Positions 30,630 through 44,929 of a DNA stretch of 64,000 nucleotides are shown in pieces. The notes under the pieces are model-generated. The model ran no database searches. It was not told the origin of the DNA and saw only the letters and a program-made list of their open reading frames with translations. Within the stretch, counting starts at the first letter, position 1, and each line of letters begins with the position of its first letter. Source of the DNA: Chiloscyllium plagiosum (Eukaryota); assembly GCF_004010195.1 (NCBI RefSeq), contig NC_057717.1:73664399-73728398 (forward strand), given 5' to 3'. The translations under genes were made by a program, and so were the position numbers.

Positions 30630-33600
30630 TGACTCAAAATGGAAATGAAACAGATTGAAAACAGACAGAAAACGAAAGAAAGGACGACCTTTGCAGAAGA
30701 AAGGAAAATTGAGAGAGGGTAGATCGAATGGATGAAGAAAGTTAGAGTTTGAACTTTAGAAGTTGACAACGAAAGAGGAATGGTGAAGGTAGAAATTAGG
30801 AGTCTTAAGGTAGACTGTGATGATGAGAAATACCGATTATAGCCAATGTCCTGATGTGGACCTCTATAAATATGTCCAAAGTTAGGAATTTTGAGGAAAA
30901 GGATGTAAAGCATTTTGCAGTTCATTTGAGATAGTGGCTAAACAAATGAAATGGCTGGTGACCCGTGTGGATAATGTTAATTCAAACAAAATTGGCAGCA
31001 AGAACTAGTGTATCGTTTGCATCATTTACAGAGGAGGTATCTGGGGAATATGATGAGGTGAAAGAAAGACATCCTAAGTTCAAATGAGCTGGAGCCAGAA
31101 GCCATAGACAATATTTAATGAATGTAAGGACGGAACATGTTCACAGGTACATGGAGTTTGAAAGAATCAAACAGGGTAACTTTGAGATTTGGAAAAGAGC
31201 AGTGAAAATAAGCTAGACATATGCTCCTTTTTTCGAGATGTTATGTTAGAGGAGTTGAAAAATTCACTTTCTAAAATATTGAGGACTCGTGGGGAGGAGC
31301 AGAGACTTAACCCTGCAGTTTAGCAACATAGATGGCAGATGATTGTGATTTAGCTCCGAAATCAAAGATTGTTTTCCGACGTCATTTTCAATGTGTTAGA
31401 GACAGAAATTGTGGAAAACAAAAATCCTCAGGTAGTTATTGAAAGTCGATTTCATTGACGATAGTAAAGTCAATAAAGATAGTAAAGATACTAAAAAGGA
31501 AACACATGAGGAGGGAAAGAGAAGTAAAAACTTCAGGAGTTTTGACTATAATAAAGCAATACACATGAAATTGCCATGTTGATCGTTTGAAAGGAAAAGA
31601 GTGAAAGCAGATGTGGTAAAACAGGATAATCCATTGGGACTTATTGAATTGGTAAACGATATGCGAGTGGAAGATAGAGAGCTGCAAAAGAATGCGCAGG
31701 ATGTTTAGGGTTTGGTTTGTAAGAAAGTACCAGATTTCCTTAAAATAGAAAAGATTTGCTCATGGGTACCAAGAGCAATAGGTAAAGAAATTAACATTTT
31801 AAGAAATATATGAGCAAATCAATCTTTCACTGTGAGAAATGAAGAAAGAGGATCGTTAGAAAAGGTAGGACAATGTAAAGAAGAAGTATTCCTCTATATA
31901 AGGTGATGCTGGAGAGTCAGGTGAAAAGTGCTGAATTGATTGTCGGAGAAATAGTGAAATTCTCAGTTGCAGAGATACTGTCTCCTTGGGAAAGAACTTA
32001 GTGGAGCACGACTGGGAGTAATGCCTACTTTATTTCAAAAATGAGTAAGAAATCAGGCAACTAAGCTGTTAAATGAAGTACATTGTGTGATTTTAATTTA
32101 CTGCATCGTAACAAGGCCCCAACGCCACAGGTTGAATTTGGAGGACAAATCAAAGAATAAAGATAAGGAATTTGAAGTTCGATTATCGAAATTGCATTTG
32201 ATCAAATGGTTGAGAAACAAAACCAATCGCATGTGATGGACTAAGCAGTTTTTTTTTATTCAGAGAGATCAGTTGAAGCATAATAAGAAGCTAAAAATCT
32301 AAATCAGTTGTATCAAAAAGCGTACAAAGAAAATGAATTTGAGTTCATCCGAGAATGTTAATATCTAAAAATGAAGTCTTAACGAGAAAGGGGAGATCGT
32401 TGCATATTTAGGCTGATGGAAACTGGGCAGAAGTAGAATCAAATTGTATTACTGGTGGGTCATAGAATGAACATGTTGTGGTGGCATGCGAGGTATCAGT
32501 GGGAGGTCATTTGACACTAAGGCAGACTTGAGGCAAAACGCCAGAACTTTTTTTAATTGGCTTGAAATACATAGAGATGCAATTCAGTTTTGCTGATCAT
32601 TTCGCACATAAGACGAAACGGGAAAACCTTTGACAGTGATAAAATCCGAACCGTTAATACTTATTCCATCTTTTGAGCAACATTTTACAAGAGTGTTAAT
32701 TGGTCAGTTCGGGATCCCTCCTGAAGACAAAGACTGTGAATCAATATAGGTTGACCATAATCAATGAGACTACTCGATGTCTGTATGCCATTCCGTTATG
32801 TAATATCAAGCTAAATGGATTGTAGAAGAGTTACTCAATTTTTTTGATAGATACTGCCCACAGAAATGCAATCAGTTCAAGGGTCAAGTGTTACATCCAA
32901 AATAGTGAAGGAAGTTAACGATAACTTAGAAACAAAACAACTTTGCCCCACAGTGTACCATCCAGAAGCCCAAGGAATATTAGAATGGAGGCAGCAAAAT
33001 GTAAACACCATGCTGAAGCCTGTTAGACGTGGCTTCCCACAGGATTGGGATAAAGGACTTCAATTTGTACTTTTAGTAATTAGCGATGCCTCTAATGAAT
33101 CAAGTAATTTCAGCACATTTGAACTAATTTTTAGACATGAGGTGAGAGGACCATTGACATTCATTTCGCAAAAAAATGTTAAGTATGAGTTCAGAAATCA
33201 TTTTGTGTCAAATTTTAGGGAAACACTTAATGCAATGGGTGAATTGGCCAGACAACACTTGAAAGTAGCACAACATGTGAGGAAGGAAAAAGTAGACAAG
33301 AAACCAAAAATGTGTAGTTTTGCTATAAGAGATGAAGTGTTAGTATTACTACAAGTGGGAGGTGAACATTTAAAAGTAAGGTTTAATTACCTTTATTAAC
33401 GTAAACGGAAATTGAGTGAGGTAGATTACTTGATAAGAATGCCAAATGGGATGAAAAATCACAGCGTGCGTTATGGGAATATACTCAAAAGGTATTTTAT
33501 TAGGCATCGAAAGCAAAAAGAGAGTGTTGTACTGGTTACAACACAGAATGAAGATCCAAGTTCAAATGGTACTGAATTGGACATGCTTCAAAATAAATTG

Positions 33601-35819
33601 AACACTGAGGATGTTCTCAGAAATTGGGGCAAATTATTAAGTTATTTCCGAAATGACCTGAAATAGTAATTGAAATCACATGAGGAGTTATACGGGAAAA
33701 TGCTGTGACATATTAATATGATTATGCGTGACAGCGATATATAAAATGCTGGTTGAATTAAGCAAAATCTTTATAAACCTTCTAAATCAGGGAAAGGTTG
33801 AAAAAGAGGTTGAAAGCACGCTCAAACACGATATAATTGTATTAAGTTGCAGTGTGTGTAGCTCACCCACTGTGATGGTAGCAAAACCAAATGATATTCA
33901 GCATCTGTTTATTCATTACCTCAAATTCAAAGCTTTTTTGAAATCTGATTTATATCTCAGTACACGTTTAAAAAACTGTATTAAAAATGGTGAGACAAAT
34001 AGCTTAAGTTCCGAAGCTGGACTTATTCAAACGATAGGAAGCGGGTAACAGTATCTGAGAGGGGGAAGGAAATGGCAGCATCCATAATACTGAATGAACT
34101 TTATTGTTTTAAGATTATGCCATTTGGTATGAGAAATGCACCTGCTACATTTGCAAGACCAAATAATAAAGTCACATCAGGATAATCGAATTATGTGGTG
34201 TACTTAGACGATCCAGTCCAGTCTCTTTGTCACACATGGAATGAACATTTGGAACGTTTATCAGAATTGTTTGATCTACTTCAGAAGGCAGGCGTGATAA
34301 TAAACTCACTGAGAGTGAGTTCGAAAAACCCGTAGTCACTTTCTTCGATGAGGTCATTGGATATGAAAACAATAGTCATTGGAGAATTTCCCATAGCATC
34401 GACGAAGAAGGAAGTGTTTTGATTCCTGGTACCAAATGTTTTTAATCTAACAACTGTGCCAAATTTTAGCAACGTTTTGTTCCACTGACAGACTTGCTGA
34501 AAATGTGCAGAAAGTTTCAGTGGACTGATGGATGTCAGAGGGCTCTGTCAGTCTGAAATCTGTATTAAACATCGCTCCTAATTATGCAAAGTTGTTCAAG
34601 GATGCCAGTGATGAGGGTGCCAGTGCTGTACACTTGCAAGAAGACAACGAGATAATAAAAACCCATTGGTTATTATTCCAGAAAGTTGAATATTCATCAA
34701 TAGAGATGCTCCAAAATTCAGAAGGAGAACTTGAGTTTGATGTTGGCATTGCCATATTTCAACATTTGTGTGGCGGAGACAATTGCATAGAGTGATCATA
34801 ACCATTTAATGTTTTTTGGAAAATAAAATAACAACGTCATTTTAACGTTAATAATGTTAGATGAAATTCATGCTTGCAATCATTTAATTTGAAAATTTCC
34901 TACGGGGGAGGATGAAAGAATATAATTGCTGATGCATTCTCATGAATTTGATGAAGGAAGGAGAAGATGTTTGGTGGCATATGAAACAGATTAAATGGAG
35001 TCTAGCATTAAAATTTTGTACGCTTAGAGTCAATACAATATATTTGTACTGCGGTGTACTATCAGCAATAAGACGAAAGATTTTTTTAAATGAAGCTATG
35101 TCTGCATATTGGTGGTTCATTTAGTAATGTTAGGCCGTGGGGGCTATAACGATGCTATGGCTTTTGAAGCATATTTTCCCCTTTATAAAGAAGTGTTTTG
35201 AGACAGGGGTGAGGAGATATCTCTTCCAAACCAATAAAATAAACAGCTTCTGCGGCCCCGGGCTTCCTTTAAATGTAAGGACAATAAAATCAGCATGAAT
35301 GGGCAGGAGTAAGGCTCCCCCAGAGACAGGGTTATAGCTTATACTTCAGTAGTTGCTCGGGCTTTGGAAGTGGTCGTGAAATATGCTATATATCCCTTTC
35401 AGCCACAGCAGAAAACTAGAGTTCTCCCTTTGTGTCCAGTGTTTTTTTTTATCATTGGTATTCTTTTCTCCTGAACAGGAGACACATTAAATATAAAAGA
35501 ATTTGTTTTACAAGTGTTGTCTTTGCCAAGGGTGTCTTTAACGATGTTTATTTTATTGGGACAGTTACTGTTTACTCGTTAAATGCTCTAATAAACTGTT
35601 AAGTTTTCCAGCAGAGTTAAGTTAGACCAATTCTTCTTTCCTTTGTTTGTAATTAACTAGGTGAAAGAATAAAGTGTGTTTGGGCTGAAAGCCAAGTCGT
35701 GCGGCCTATGGAATTGCATATGGAACACAAAACCTTGCAATGGCCTTTAATTAAGTTTAAAGTTAGGTTCTAGTTATCTCCTTGTTACATATGAAGGGGG
35801 TGTTGTCTGGTGTATAACA
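30630..35819 (+). mobile_element. Gmr1-like Gypsy element, decayed, with 3' LTR (about 35140-35819)
   Basis: gag near 30900-31400; integrase ORF 32866-33399 (YHPEAQG..DWDKGL); RT MPFGMRNAPATF at 34117 and YLDD at 34201; RNase H DASD near 34600; LTR ends TAACA. Confidence 0.82.
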
Positions 35820-36208
35820 CTACTCTTATTTTAGTACTAGAATATAGTGAGGCTGGTTCTCAGCTGTAATTATCAGTAGACTATAAATCATGATTCCGAG
35901 CTAATGTCCTGGTGACCTGGGTTCGAATCCCATGGCAGATGGTGGTATTTTAATTCAAAATAAATATGGAAATATGGATCTAATAATAACCACGATACCA
36001 CTGTCGATGTTTAAACAACCCATTTGATTCACTAATATCCTTTAGGTGAGGAAATTATTTCCTTCCTTACTCGTGATTACAGATCCACAGTAACGTGGTT
36101 GACGCCTAAACTGCCTTCATGAAAAATTAAGGCGAGGCAATTAATGCAATCACAACCAATTTCCAAAGGAACAGTGAAATCTAAAGCGCATTTAACACAG
36201 CATTTTTA

Positions 36209-36418
36209 GAGTTTGCACATTCTCCCCGTGTCTGCGTGGGTTTCCTCCGGGTGCTCCGGTTTCCTCCCACAGTCACAAAGATGTGTGGGTCAGGTGAATT
36301 GGCCATGCTAAATTGCCCGTAGTGTTGGGTGGGTTGCGCTTCGGCGGGTCGGTGTGGACTTGTTGGGCTGAAGGGCCTGTTTCCACACTGTAAGTAATCT
36401 AATCTGATCCAAAAAAAA
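36209..36418 (+). mobile_element. HE1-type SINE, 5' truncated
   Basis: Core and tail near-identical to 13679-13952. Confidence 0.85.
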
Positions 36419-37001
36419 TTAACCAACAGTGACTCAAACGTATTGTGTCACACTTTCCAAAACTTAAATGTGTGGAACTTGTCACTATTAAGTACTATAA
36501 TTTTCTAGGTATGGAATTGAAAACCCGTTCATAAATGTTTGAATTTTTCTTTCAAAGTGTGCAAGCATCCCTTTATACATCAGTTGAAGTAACATCAAAT
36601 TTCGAATTACCCTCTTATGGACGAATATAACGTCTGCTCTTGCAACATTTCAGCATATGTGTCCATATTGTTGTGCTTCCAAATCCTTTTCTTTTTGTTT
36701 TAAATTTCCATATGAGGTCGCAAAAATACTCCAGCGAACCATAAATGCGAAATGTTAACTATATTTGCAACACTTCTTAACACAATTTACAAATTCAATA
36801 AGACAAGACTAGAACCGAACTGTTTTCATTTCTCAAAGAATTTGTAACTGTAGCTTGGATGTAATCAAGGTGTTACTGCTGCAGCGAACCATAGAAATAC
36901 AAAGAAGCTTTCCTTTTGGAAACAATTTCATCTTACATAATTAGTGCACTAAAATGCTTATACATTGCGCTAAATCTAAGAATGCTAACATTCAATACCA
37001 C

Positions 37002-37215
37002 AGGGAGAAAGTGAGGACTGCAGATGCTGGAGGTCAGAGCTGAAAAATGTGTTGTTGGAAAAGCGCAGCAGGTCAGGCAGCGCCTAAGGAGGAGGAGAAT
37101 CTACGTTTCGGGCATAAGCTCTGTCCTGAAGAAGGGCTTATGGCCGAAACATCGATTCTCCTGCTCCTTGGATGTTGCCTGACCTGCTGCGCTTTTCCAG
37201 CAACACATTTTTCAG
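37002..37215. mobile_element. Head-to-head pair of Penelope-derived terminal repeats forming a palindrome
   Basis: Arms 37040-37119 and 37136-37215 are inverted copies, homologous to the tail of the PLE at 44930-46306. Confidence 0.8.
37123..37156 (+). ncRNA. Minimal hammerhead ribozyme, partly mutated
   Basis: GTC-CTGAAGA-A-GGGC(TTAT)GGCC-GAAAC-ATC-GAT. Core boxes intact; one stem II mismatch; stem III changed by G>A. Confidence 0.55.
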
Positions 37216-37754
37216 ATTCAATACGATAGTCCACTTCAGTCGGTTTCTTCTGCCAATGAGCACCTTTGTCTTCCTTCATCACAGACAAGACAACACATTG
37301 GCAATTATGTTCTCATGTCATACCATTGTGTAATTTTCAAATTAAATGGCTGCAACCATAAAATTCATCGAAACAGTCAGATATTTTTATCTTGTTTTAC
37401 CCCAAAAGTGTTAAGGAGTTAAAATCATTATGTCCAATTGTTTCAGATACATTATTGGCTACATAATGAAATGTTGCAACGCCAAGACCAAACTCAAAGT
37501 CTCCTTCTTAACAGTGTAATTTTTCGGGTGACGACTATTTAACATTCAGGTACAAAGCACTCTATATGTTTCGATATTCCCATCGTCCTCTTGTAATTCT
37601 ACAACTCCAAAACACTCATCACTATCACTGATGGTCACCTCGAATGACATTGTGGTTGCTCGCAATAGAGCAGTGGTCACCACGACATTCGGATTGTCAA
37701 ATGCCTTCTGACACTTCTATCTACTGAAAGTTTATGCACTTCTTCAACAAATCA

Positions 37755-38915
37755 GTATGGACTTCGACAAGATTCGCCATAAGAGACTAGTCAACAAGGT
37801 TAGATCTCATGGAATACAGACAGAACTAGCCATGTGGATACAGAACTGGCTCAAAGATAGAAGACAGGGTAGTGGTGCAGGATTGTTTTTGAGTCTGGAG
37901 ACCTATGACCACGGAGTGTCACAAGGATCGGTGCTGGATCCACTACTTTTCAAAATTTATATAAATGATTTGGATGTGAGCTTAAGCAGTATAATGAGTA
38001 AGTTTGCAGATGACACTAAAATTGGAGCTGAAGTGGACAGCGAAGAAGGTTACCTCAGATTACTACGGGATCTTGATTAGATGGGCTAATGGGCTGAGAA
38101 GTGGCAGATGGAGTTTAATTTAGGTGGCGCATTTTGGAAAGCAAATCTTAGCAGGACTTATACAATTAATGATAAGGTTCAAGGGAGCGTTGTTGAACAA
38201 AGAGACCTCGGAGTGCAGGTTCATAGTGCCTTGAAAATGGAGTCGCAGGCAGATAGGACAGTAAAGAAGGCACTCGGTATGCTTTGCTTTATTGGTCAGA
38301 GTCTTGAGTAAAGGAGTTAGGAGGTCATGTTGCGTCTGTACAGGACATTGGTTAGGCCACTGTTGGAATGTTGCGTGCAATTCTGGTCTCCTTCCTATCA
38401 GAATAATGTTGTGAAACTTGAAAGGATTCAGAAGAGATTTACAAGCATGTTGCCAGGATTGGATTATTTGAGCTACATGGAGAGGTTGAATAGGCTGAGG
38501 CTCTTCTGCCTGGAGCGTCGGAGGTTGAGGGGTGACCTTATAGGGGTTCATAAAATCATGAGGGGCATGGATTGGATAATTAGACAAAGTCTTTTCCGTG
38601 GGTTGGGGAATCCAGAACTAGAAGGCATAGGCTTAGGCTGAGGGGGAAAGATATAAAAGAGACCTAAGGGGCAACATTTTCATGCAGAGGGTAGTATGTG
38701 CATGGAATGAGAAGCTGGAAGAAGTGCTGGAGTCTAGAACAATTGCAACATTTAAAAGGCATTTGGATAGGTATGTGAATAGGAAGCGTTTGGAGGGATA
38801 TGGGCCAGGTGTTGGCAGGTAGGACCAGATTGCTTTGGGACATCTGGTCGGCTTGGACGAATGGGACCGAAGGGATTGCTTCCATGCTGTTCATCTCCAT
38901 AAGTTTATGACTCTA
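37755..38915 (+). mobile_element. CR1 LINE RT to 3' end
   Basis: ORFs with GVSQGSVLDP..KFADD and LVRPLLECCVQFWSP; tatgactctat tail. Confidence 0.9.
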
Positions 38916-39059
38916 TAGATCAGTCAGTGAAGCAACCACACTGCTAAAACTCGGTATGAATTTCGAATAAAAATCACTTAGTCTCAATAATCGTAGTACT
39001 CCCTTGTTTGGTTATTGTAAAGGAGACCCCACAATAAATTACTCTTTGTCTGAACAACA

Positions 39060-40990
39060 CGTGGGACCACCAGTTCATGTCCAATAACATGGTCCTGGAG
39101 CAACACATGGGGTTTTGTGCACTCACTCTTCGCCAGATTTATCCCTGGCTCCAGATGAACTCATGCACCAAAATCTCCTTCGGCATCTGACAAAAAAAAT
39201 CATCAGTTCGTCTCTGTACATCATACAATTCGCTAATATTGGCGTGAATGTTTGGTTAGAGTTTGGAATGCAGTTGCATCTTCTTCACACAAAACGACAT
39301 GACTGTAAATGTTAAAGTCCATTTGGTGTCATGAAAGTTGAAATTTCCTTGACACTTCCAGTAAACGTAGCTGTCAGCATCCTCCAAAAGAGTCCAACGT
39401 TGGAATGTCGATTGCTTGCCCCAACTTCTCAATATCGTCTTCCAAACAGGAAATAGGACATGAATCAAATTTTGCAACTGAATTATCATTGCGGTAGCCC
39501 ACATGTAATTGTCAGCTACCATTTTCTGGCAACATTATAATGGATGAGCTCCATTTGACTGCAACTCACTTCGACTATGCCACCTTTGAACAAGCTTTTA
39601 ATCTCGTTTGAAACCACCAATTTTAGCAGGTTGAGTCCATAAGGACGTTGTTTAATTGGAAAGGCATATCCTATTTCTACATTTTGCCTAATCTTGTAAG
39701 TACTTTCCAGCTAATTCTCACATATCTCTACAATTGATTATTATAATTCCTTCAGTTCGTTTCGATTTTACTCTGGCGGTAACACTTTTTAATCATAATC
39801 ATAATCAGTTGAACTCTGTGTTTCAAAGAATAATTCTCCTTTTGCTTTCCTTTCTAACAAAACATCTTTTGAGCATATTCATCCTATTCAATGTTTTTTT
39901 TGATTTGATGAAGTCCACTAACTTGCGTTTAATGTTTCACCTACAACTGGTTGTAATACCAATACTTCTCTCCTCCATCAAAACTAAATTTTTGATTGCT
40001 TGCCTCGTTTCTCATCATATGGTGTGTTACTTTCAAATTTTGTCTCGCCAACTCATCCACTCTGTTAAATCTTTGCCCAAAATTTGACACATTGTCAAAA
40101 TCTCCAAACTACATACTCTGAATTATCAATTTTTCCGTCATTAATTTCAGAGATCGTCACATCTCTGACAGATATTTCGCTTAAGCTGATCCGTTATGTG
40201 CATTCCCATTTGCAAAAAGTACAATAGGAGTTCCTTTATGCCAAGCCACTGGTAATCATGACCATAAGCTCTGAACATGGCTTTTAAAGTTTGATCGCCA
40301 TTCTAATGCGAGTTGTAATTCTGGATTGTATACAGTTTTGTATAGAGTACTTTATTTCTAAGCTACCCATAACTTCCTTGAATAATTTTCATGCAAAACT
40401 TGATGACATATCTATGGTTAAGCTGTACCTGGTTAAAAAAAGTGTCTCTTCTACAATCCTTTTCACTGTAGTAATACGGAATGGAATGGCTTCCGGATAT
40501 CTTGTAGAGATCAACAAATGCTGATTCTCACAATTTATTTTAGGAAGGTGTCTTACATAATCAATTATACTCCTGTAAAAACTTCCCTTAAAAAGGTGGA
40601 AGAGAAGCTTTAACTGTGCTGAATTTATCATTACCAAAGACTTTCCTGTTCGGTGACATGTCCAGCAAAACTGTACATCTCTGTACAGTTCAGGCGAGTT
40701 AAAATTATTTTGCACTTTGACTTGAGCTCGTCACATCCAAATGACCACCTATTGGTAACTCGTGTTGTCCGCAACACCTCATCTCCATAACTGCTTTTGT
40801 CTGACTCCCCAACGTCACCTTACATAATTGAAGGTTACTCTTCTCAACGCGAATTACACAAATTATCACCTTTTACTGACAATACTTCTTCTGAACTACA
40901 TACTTCATCAACCCAAACCAGAAAAGATTAACTTGCTACTTAATCTGTTAATTTTTAAAATTGATTTACCTGCTTATTCTGGTACACATG
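39060..40990 (-). mobile_element. Gmr1-like Gypsy pol fragment, decayed
   Basis: Minus ORF 40389-40715 (FCWTCH..STRYPEAIP, integrase) lies upstream of RT remnants near 39250-39700. Confidence 0.7.
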
Positions 40991-41052
40991 AATAAACCAT
41001 ACCCACACTGTTAAATATCGAAACGTGTGGCGCTGGAAAAGCACAGCAGCTC

Positions 41053-42010
41053 AGATGATTACGTAAATGGTCTGCAAGAGGGCACTGTTGCTATGATCAG
41101 CAAGTTTGCAGATTACACGAAGATTGGTGGAGTAGCAGAAAGAATATGGGACTGTCAAGTAATACAGGAGTATACAGATAGACTGGACAGTTGTTTGGAG
41201 AAGTGGCAGATGGAGTTCAATCCTAGCTATTTTGGCAAGTCCAGGTCTAGAGTGAATTATACAGTGAACGGAAGAGCCTTGGGAAAAGTTGATGAGCAGA
41301 GAGATCTGAGAGTTCAAGTCCATTGTATCCCGAAGGTTGCTGCACGGCTGGATAGAGTGGTCAACAGGCATATAGTATGCTTGCCTTCATTGGACCACGG
41401 TTTTGAGTTTAGGAGCCGGCAGGTCATGTTAAAATTGTACAAGACATTGGTTCGGCTGCAATTAGAATACTGTGTACAGTTCTGGTCGCCAAATTAACAA
41501 AAGGATGTGGACGCTTTGAAGAGGGTACAGAGAAGGTTTACGACGATGTTGCCTGGTATGGAAGGTGCTCGCTATGAAAATAGGTTGAGTAGATTAAGGT
41601 TTTTTTCATTAAAAAAAAGAAGATTGAGGGGGTAGCTTGATTGAGATTTACAAAATCATGAAGGGTATAGACGGGGTAGGTAGAAATAAGTTTTTTCACA
41701 GGACAAAGGATACAATAAAGGGGGTCACGCGTTCAATGTGAGAGGTGAAAAGTTTAAGGGGGAATATATGCTTAACACAGAGGGTGGTAACCACCTGGAT
41801 CACGTTGCCAGCAGAGGTGGTAGATGCAGGCACGGCAGGTTCATTTATGGTGCGTCTGGACAGATGCATGATTAGGTGGGGAGCAGAGGGATACAAATGC
41901 TTCGGAATTGGGCGATGCGTTTCGACAAGGGATTTTGACCAGCTCAGGCTTGGAGGGCCGAAGCGCCTGTTCCTGGGCATAACTTTTCTTTGTTCTTTGT
42001 TCTTTGTTCA
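41053..42010 (+). mobile_element. CR1 LINE 3' half
   Basis: ISKFADYTKIGG..KWQMEFN..LEYCVQFWSP; (TTGTTCT)n tail. Confidence 0.88.
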
Positions 42011-42029
42011 TTGTTCATTGTTCTTTCAG

Positions 42030-42380
42030 AAAGAAGGGTCATTGCAAACAGGATTGAAACCTGTCTAAACCTGGCGAGACCAGATCAAGGAACAAGAAGA
42101 TTTGGTCCCAGACAAGGGGCGTTATTGATCAACTGGGGATTTGACTGTATCCTGAAGTTGAATAGCACTCGCCCCATAAAGGCAACTCCATACCATCCAT
42201 CTTCCAAAGGAATGGTGTAAAGAGCGGACCAAACATTGAAAGCAGGGTTACTGCAACAGTCTACAATATCACTCGAAGCCAAACTTTTCTTTTGCCTGTT
42301 CGAATATAGGGCCACCCCTCACTCAACAATGCATAGCTCCAGTAGAATTACTGATGTGCAGAAGTCTCTGCACCAGATTT
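42030..42380 (+). mobile_element. Gypsy integrase fragment
   Basis: IKATPYHPSSKGMV*RADQTLKAGL integrase core motif. Confidence 0.7.
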
Positions 42381-42384
42381 CTTA

Positions 42385-42785
42385 GTTCAGGCTAATGAGA
42401 CACCTGATCGAAATATATAAACTAACAAGAGGAATAGATATGTTTGGCAATGAGAATCTTATTCTCTCGGAGTTTCAATTGTTAGTACTACAGGGCATGC
42501 ATTTAAGGTAAGAGGGGAAAAGTTCAAAGGAGATGTGAGGGGCAAGTTTATTTTACAGAGAGAGTAGAAGGTGCTTGGAAAACGCTGCTGGGGTAGCGGT
42601 GGGGGCAGATATAATGGAGGCATATCACGTGGCTTTTAATGAATTTCCTGAAAAAAGAATGAATGGAGGGATGTAGGCCAGGGACAGAAAAATCAATTAG
42701 TTTAATTTGGCATCATGTTCATTACATCCGATTGGGTCAAACATTCTGTTCCTATAATGTAGTGTTCTTTATTCTATGTTCTATG
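42385..42785 (+). mobile_element. CR1 LINE 3' end, decayed
   Basis: DLIEIYK..RGID, 3' UTR and ttctatgttctatg tail. Confidence 0.75.
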
Positions 42786-43377
42786 AAATGTAAACTCCAC
42801 TGTCAAATTAATATAGAAATTCATGCCATGAGAATTTAACAGTATTCGATGAAATCTAACCAAACGAATCTGTTCACAAAATTCAACGGAAATATTCAAG
42901 AATTAGTGTTGATTCTTTTTCGTGTGACACTGTATTTTGTTAATTGACACACATCAAAAATAATTAAAGAAACATAGTTATAGAAATTAATCCACAAGTA
43001 CGAATAAAAAGTGAATATTTTCCTCTCACATTAATCAGCACCTTCACAGAGATACTGATGAATAACAGGAACGACGTCTTATGTTGACGAAGTGGAGAAT
43101 ATTGAATGATTAGCAAGGATCCTCGGCTTGTTAGAAACAATATAAAATTATTTTGGATATATTTGCTTTTGCTCCAACGAGTGTCAGATGGAAACAAATA
43201 AACTCCCTCGAATTTATTGCACAAAGCCTAAATTTAAATGGTTTCTGGAAGTAGTGGTTGTAGTATTTAAGTAGTCCATGAAAATGTGTGTATATCTGAA
43301 TGTTTTTGGTTTCTGAACACGACACTAATTGAGTACAAAGGAGTTTTCTGCAAATGCATAGTTATGCATCCATTCGT

Positions 43378-43392
43378 CTACCTATCTGAGAT

Positions 43393-43448
<56 letters not shown>

Positions 43449-43475
43449 ACTATCTATTTATCTTTCTGTCTATCT
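43378..43475. repeat. (TATC)n microsatellite
   Basis: Directly visible tandem repeat. Confidence 0.95.
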
Positions 43476-44139
43476 GTGGATCCCACAACTTTCAGTCACA
43501 CTCTCTTCGACCACTGTTAATAATTAGATTAGTGAAAGTTGTGTTTTCATTCGCTGAAATGTCTTCGAAAACAATGACATAATGTCAGCTGTTTTTTATA
43601 TTTTAGCTGATGCAAGTTTCCAGGTGCACGTTTCTGCTACATGCACTAAACAGAATAAGACTACAGAAACCTGATGTTTAATCTAAGCAAGGATCATTCT
43701 AGATTTAATCCAGAACGATCAATGAGGAATCATTCAATCTGCCGACCTCTTGAATAGAATACTTGGTTCACCAAAAATAAATCATGAAGAAATAATGCCA
43801 AGGAAAGTGAATAAATTGAAATCATTTGAAGAAAAATGAACTGAACCACTTGTGTTAACCCGGAAATGCTCTGAGCTTTCCTCCTTTATCTGAAATAGTG
43901 CCACCTATCCACCTATTCGACTGATCCACTCTGGGAAAAAAGATTCTGATCGCCAATCCAATCTATGCATCTCATAAATTTATAGAATTGCACCATTTAA
44001 TATTTCTCCTCTCTGATACATGGGAAGACATGGGAACTTCGGGAAGTCAGTGATGATCTCGTGGGGGCAGTCCGTATAACAATACAACGTGGTATTGGAC
44101 TTATTAGAATAATAAAGGTGGAAAAATCTCCTTGTCCTT

Positions 44140-44880
44140 ACGAGCTGCATAAATAACCCAGCAAGAGTCTGAGTAAGAAATTGCAGAGGCCCTGTTTAAT
44201 AGATTTGCATCATTATTAGCCAAGGGTGAGGTCCCAGAAGACTGGAGGGTAGCAAATGTTGGACGCTTATTTAAGCAAGCCTGCAAAGAAAAACCTGCGG
44301 GCTATAGACCAGTAAGCCCAACATCTGTGGTAGGAAATTTTTTTGAAATGATTCTAAGGGATAAGATGTATACGCATTTGGAAAGACAGGGCTTAATTAG
44401 GAGTCATCAGCATGAATTTGTGTGTATAAGAAATTTGTTCCACGGAGATTTAGAATTCTTCAACTCCCTTAGTAAGGAGCTTCCACATATTTGGCTTTAG
44501 ATTAGATTACTTACAGTGTGGAAACAGGCAAACAGGCTCTTTGGCCGAACAAGTCCACAACCCACCCAGACCCGTTCCCCTACACCTAAAACTACGGACA
44601 ATTTAGCATGGCCAATTCACCTCACCTGCCTATTTTTGGACCGTGGGAGGAAACCGGGGCACCCCGAGGAAACCCACGCAGACGCAGGCAGAATATGCAA
44701 ATCCCACACAGTCAGTCGCTTGAGGTAGGAATTGAACCCGGGTCTCTGGCGCTGCAAGAGCCACATGGAATTCAAGGAAAGCTGGCAATTTGAATACACA
44801 GTTGGCTTGTTGCTAGGAAGCAGAGGGTATTCGTAGAAGGATGCTTGTCAGAGTGGAGGTATTTGAAGCGTGATGTACAC
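44140..44880 (+). mobile_element. CR1 RT fragment containing an antisense HE1 SINE (about 44497-44754)
   Basis: GEVPEDWRVANV..YRPVS. After the SINE the CR1 resumes as HGIQGKLAI. Confidence 0.8.
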
Positions 44881-44929
44881 CATTCCCCACCTTTTCCCCG
44901 TTACATTGATGACTGTATCAGAGCCATTT

